From contig NEEC01000012.1 of assembly GCA_002189035.1 (NCBI GenBank), positions 1,178,001 through 1,242,000 of the forward strand: a DNA stretch of 64,000 nt, read 5' to 3'. This document shows positions 61,969 through 64,000 of the stretch, one piece after another (the first letter of the stretch is position 1; each line of letters starts with the position of its first letter). The DNA comes from Utricularia gibba (taxonomy: Eukaryota; Plantae; Magnoliophyta). Position numbers and translations under genes: made by a program. Under the pieces are notes generated by a model, which ran no database searches, was not told the DNA's origin, and saw only the letters and a list, made by a program, of their open reading frames with translations.

Positions 61969-64000
61969 ATGAAGGATCCGAAGCAACCCATTTCCGATTG
62001 CCAGGGGTTGAGCGTGCCAGACGAATCCCATCAGAGTTTCAGCGACGACAGCAAGACTTTAATCCCGAGGTCTTCTTCTCCTCTGTCGGCCGTCTCAGCC
62101 CCTCTGCAATGGATCCAAATGCTGTGCCGCAAGCTTCACCCCACCTTTGTCCTCGGCGTAGTACTCGTGTACGGCCTCAGTCAGGGGTTCTCACATGCCT
62201 TTTTCAAGGTGGTCTCTGATTACTATTGGAAGGACGTTCAGGAAGTTCAGCCCTCCGCGGCGCAGCTCTACGCCGGACTTTACTGCATACCATGGGTGAT
62301 GAAGCCTGTGTGGGGTCTGATGACGGACGTGCTCCGTGTGAAGGGGTACCTCCGCCGCCCTTATTTCGTGGCGGCTGGTGTCATCGGGGTGATTTCCTCG
62401 TTGACCGTGGCGGCAGGAGGACAGCTGACGGTCGTCGCTGCGTTGAGTTGCTTGATGGGGATCATGACCGGCATGGCGATCGCTGATGTCACCATCGACG
62501 CGTGTATCGCGAGGAATAGCATCGAGTTCCGATCGCTGGCTACCGATATGCAGAGCCTCAGTGGCGTCTGCTCCTCCCTCGGGGCGCTTCTCGGGTACTC
62601 CACGAGCGGTGCCTTCGTCCATCTCCTCGGACCTCAGGTTTTTAAGATAGCTCATTCGCGATTTCAATCCAATAAAGAGTCAAATTCAGTTGCAGCCATT
62701 GATCGTTATTCAGACATCCAACGTATGATACTTATCATTCTGACAGTTTTTACGAACTAGTGTAGATGTCTTTGGGGTCCTAGCGATCTCTCCAGCGGCG
62801 ATGATCTCTTTAGGATTTGTGATCCATGAGCCTAGAGAAGATGCTCGTGAGGGCGAGAGGAAAACGGTGAGTTCAAACCATACACTCAAACATCAAATTC
62901 CGGATAAGATGAGTCGAGTGCAAGCAGCTTACGAGATCAGATGAATGAATTATGTGCAGAAACCGATCTAATCTCACCCCATTCGAATGAGGATGCCATT
63001 TTGTAACATAATGAAGAGCCTTAGGAGTCTTCTTTCCAGTAGTGTGGGTGGTCTCCCTGGCTATGCACCATTATAACTCCTTTATGGGCTATAGAGTTAG
63101 CTATGATGGTCCTAATGCGAAACCTCTACATTGATGTAGGGAAGAGGGAAGCTAAAGGAAGCAGTGACGGGGGTGTGTGCGAGCATCCAAATCCCGCAAG
63201 TATGGAAGCCTTCTCTCTACATGTACCTCTCTTTGGCACTGAGCATCAGCACTCAGGAAGGCCAATTTTACTGGTACACCGACAGCACCGCCGGCCCTGC
63301 ATTCTCCCAGGTATTTTGGGGTTCAAAATCTTGACCTCAGACACGTGAACTTCTACTGATATCCCAATTCACAGGAGTTTGTGGGAATGATCTACGCCAT
63401 AGGTGCCATGGCTTCAATAGCTGGAGTCGTCATTCACCATAAGGTCCTCAAAGATCAGCCCTTCAGATCACTTCTCTTCTTCGCGCAGCTTCTCTACGCA
63501 TCTGCAGGTATTTGAGCACTTGTTTTTTCGGACCTCTACGGGAGGTCTCGTGTTCCTGAAAGGCTCAACTCTGCAGGAATGCTTGATATCATCTTCGTTC
63601 TCCGCTGGAACCTTGCGATCGGGATACCAGACTACTTGTTTGTGGTGACTGAGGAGTGTGTATCGAGGATCATCAGTCGTCTGCGGTGGATGCCGATGGT
63701 GGTACTTAGCTTGCAGCTTTGTCCATTGGGAATCGAAGGCACATTCTTCGCGCTTCTAATGTGCATCGATAGCATTGGTGGGCTCACGGCGAAATGGGGC
63801 GGGGGAATGGTTTTGCACACGTTGGGTGTTACAAGGACCGACTTCAGTAACCTGTGGGTGGCGCTTCTGATCAGGAACGTGCTCAGGTTTTTGACTCTGA
63901 GTTTTGTGTTTCTGGTGCCAAATGCTCGTGCATCAGAGGCTTTGATACCTGCAACTGTTGAGAATGAGACGAGGAAAAAGGATATGTCGGAGCTAGCTCC
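61969..64000 (+). CDS. Folate-biopterin transporter (BT1/FBT family, FBT6-like), 3'-incomplete; exons 61969-62637, ~62747/62766-62866, 63140-63310, 63375-63507, 63577->64000
   Basis: Motifs DYYWKDVQEVQPS, IPWVMKPVWGLMTD, RRPYF, AIADVTIDACIA, VWKPSLYMYLS, EGQFYWYTD, LCPLGIEGTFFALLM and GVTRTDFSNLW. GT-AG junctions. Exons 3-5 are open and in phase. The most obvious exon 2 acceptor is 1 nt out of frame. Confidence 0.9.

Noticed and set aside
61998-62667. Several overlapping alternative-frame and antisense ORFs
   Set aside because: They are shadows of the GC-rich FBT exon 1.
1-64000. tRNA, rRNA, CRISPR arrays, satellite arrays, organellar insertions
   Set aside because: None recognised by eye. 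The PBS motifs are tRNA-complementary sites, not tRNA genes. A tRNAscan-SE/Infernal run would be needed to exclude small ncRNAs.

Overview
Plant nuclear DNA. The first ~58.8 kb is a heavily nested and rearranged transposon landscape. It holds Ty1/Copia elements of several families (including Angela-like LTRs), Ty3/Gypsy Athila-like elements of three LTR families, CRM centromeric-type chromoviruses of two LTR families, and one TIR/TSD-bounded PIF/Harbinger element. No autonomous element looks intact. A frameshifted GIL1/IRKI (DUF641)-like gene fragment lies between two inverted CRM LTRs. The last ~4 kb is a gene island with an intact 4-exon early nodulin-93 (ENOD93)-like gene, which the ORF track does not resolve, and a folate-biopterin transporter (FBT6-like) gene that runs off the window and is one nucleotide out of frame at the exon 2 start. 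I see no clearly new biological system. The best signals are rearrangement products: (i) an in-frame Gypsy-RT/Copia-RT-RNaseH chimeric ORF, (ii) a very recent ~1.2 kb inverted templated insertion inside a CRM LTR, copied from 25 kb away, and (iii) swapped target-site duplications suggesting an LTR-mediated inversion. All identities and alignments were judged by eye; family names come from remembered motifs, not database searches.
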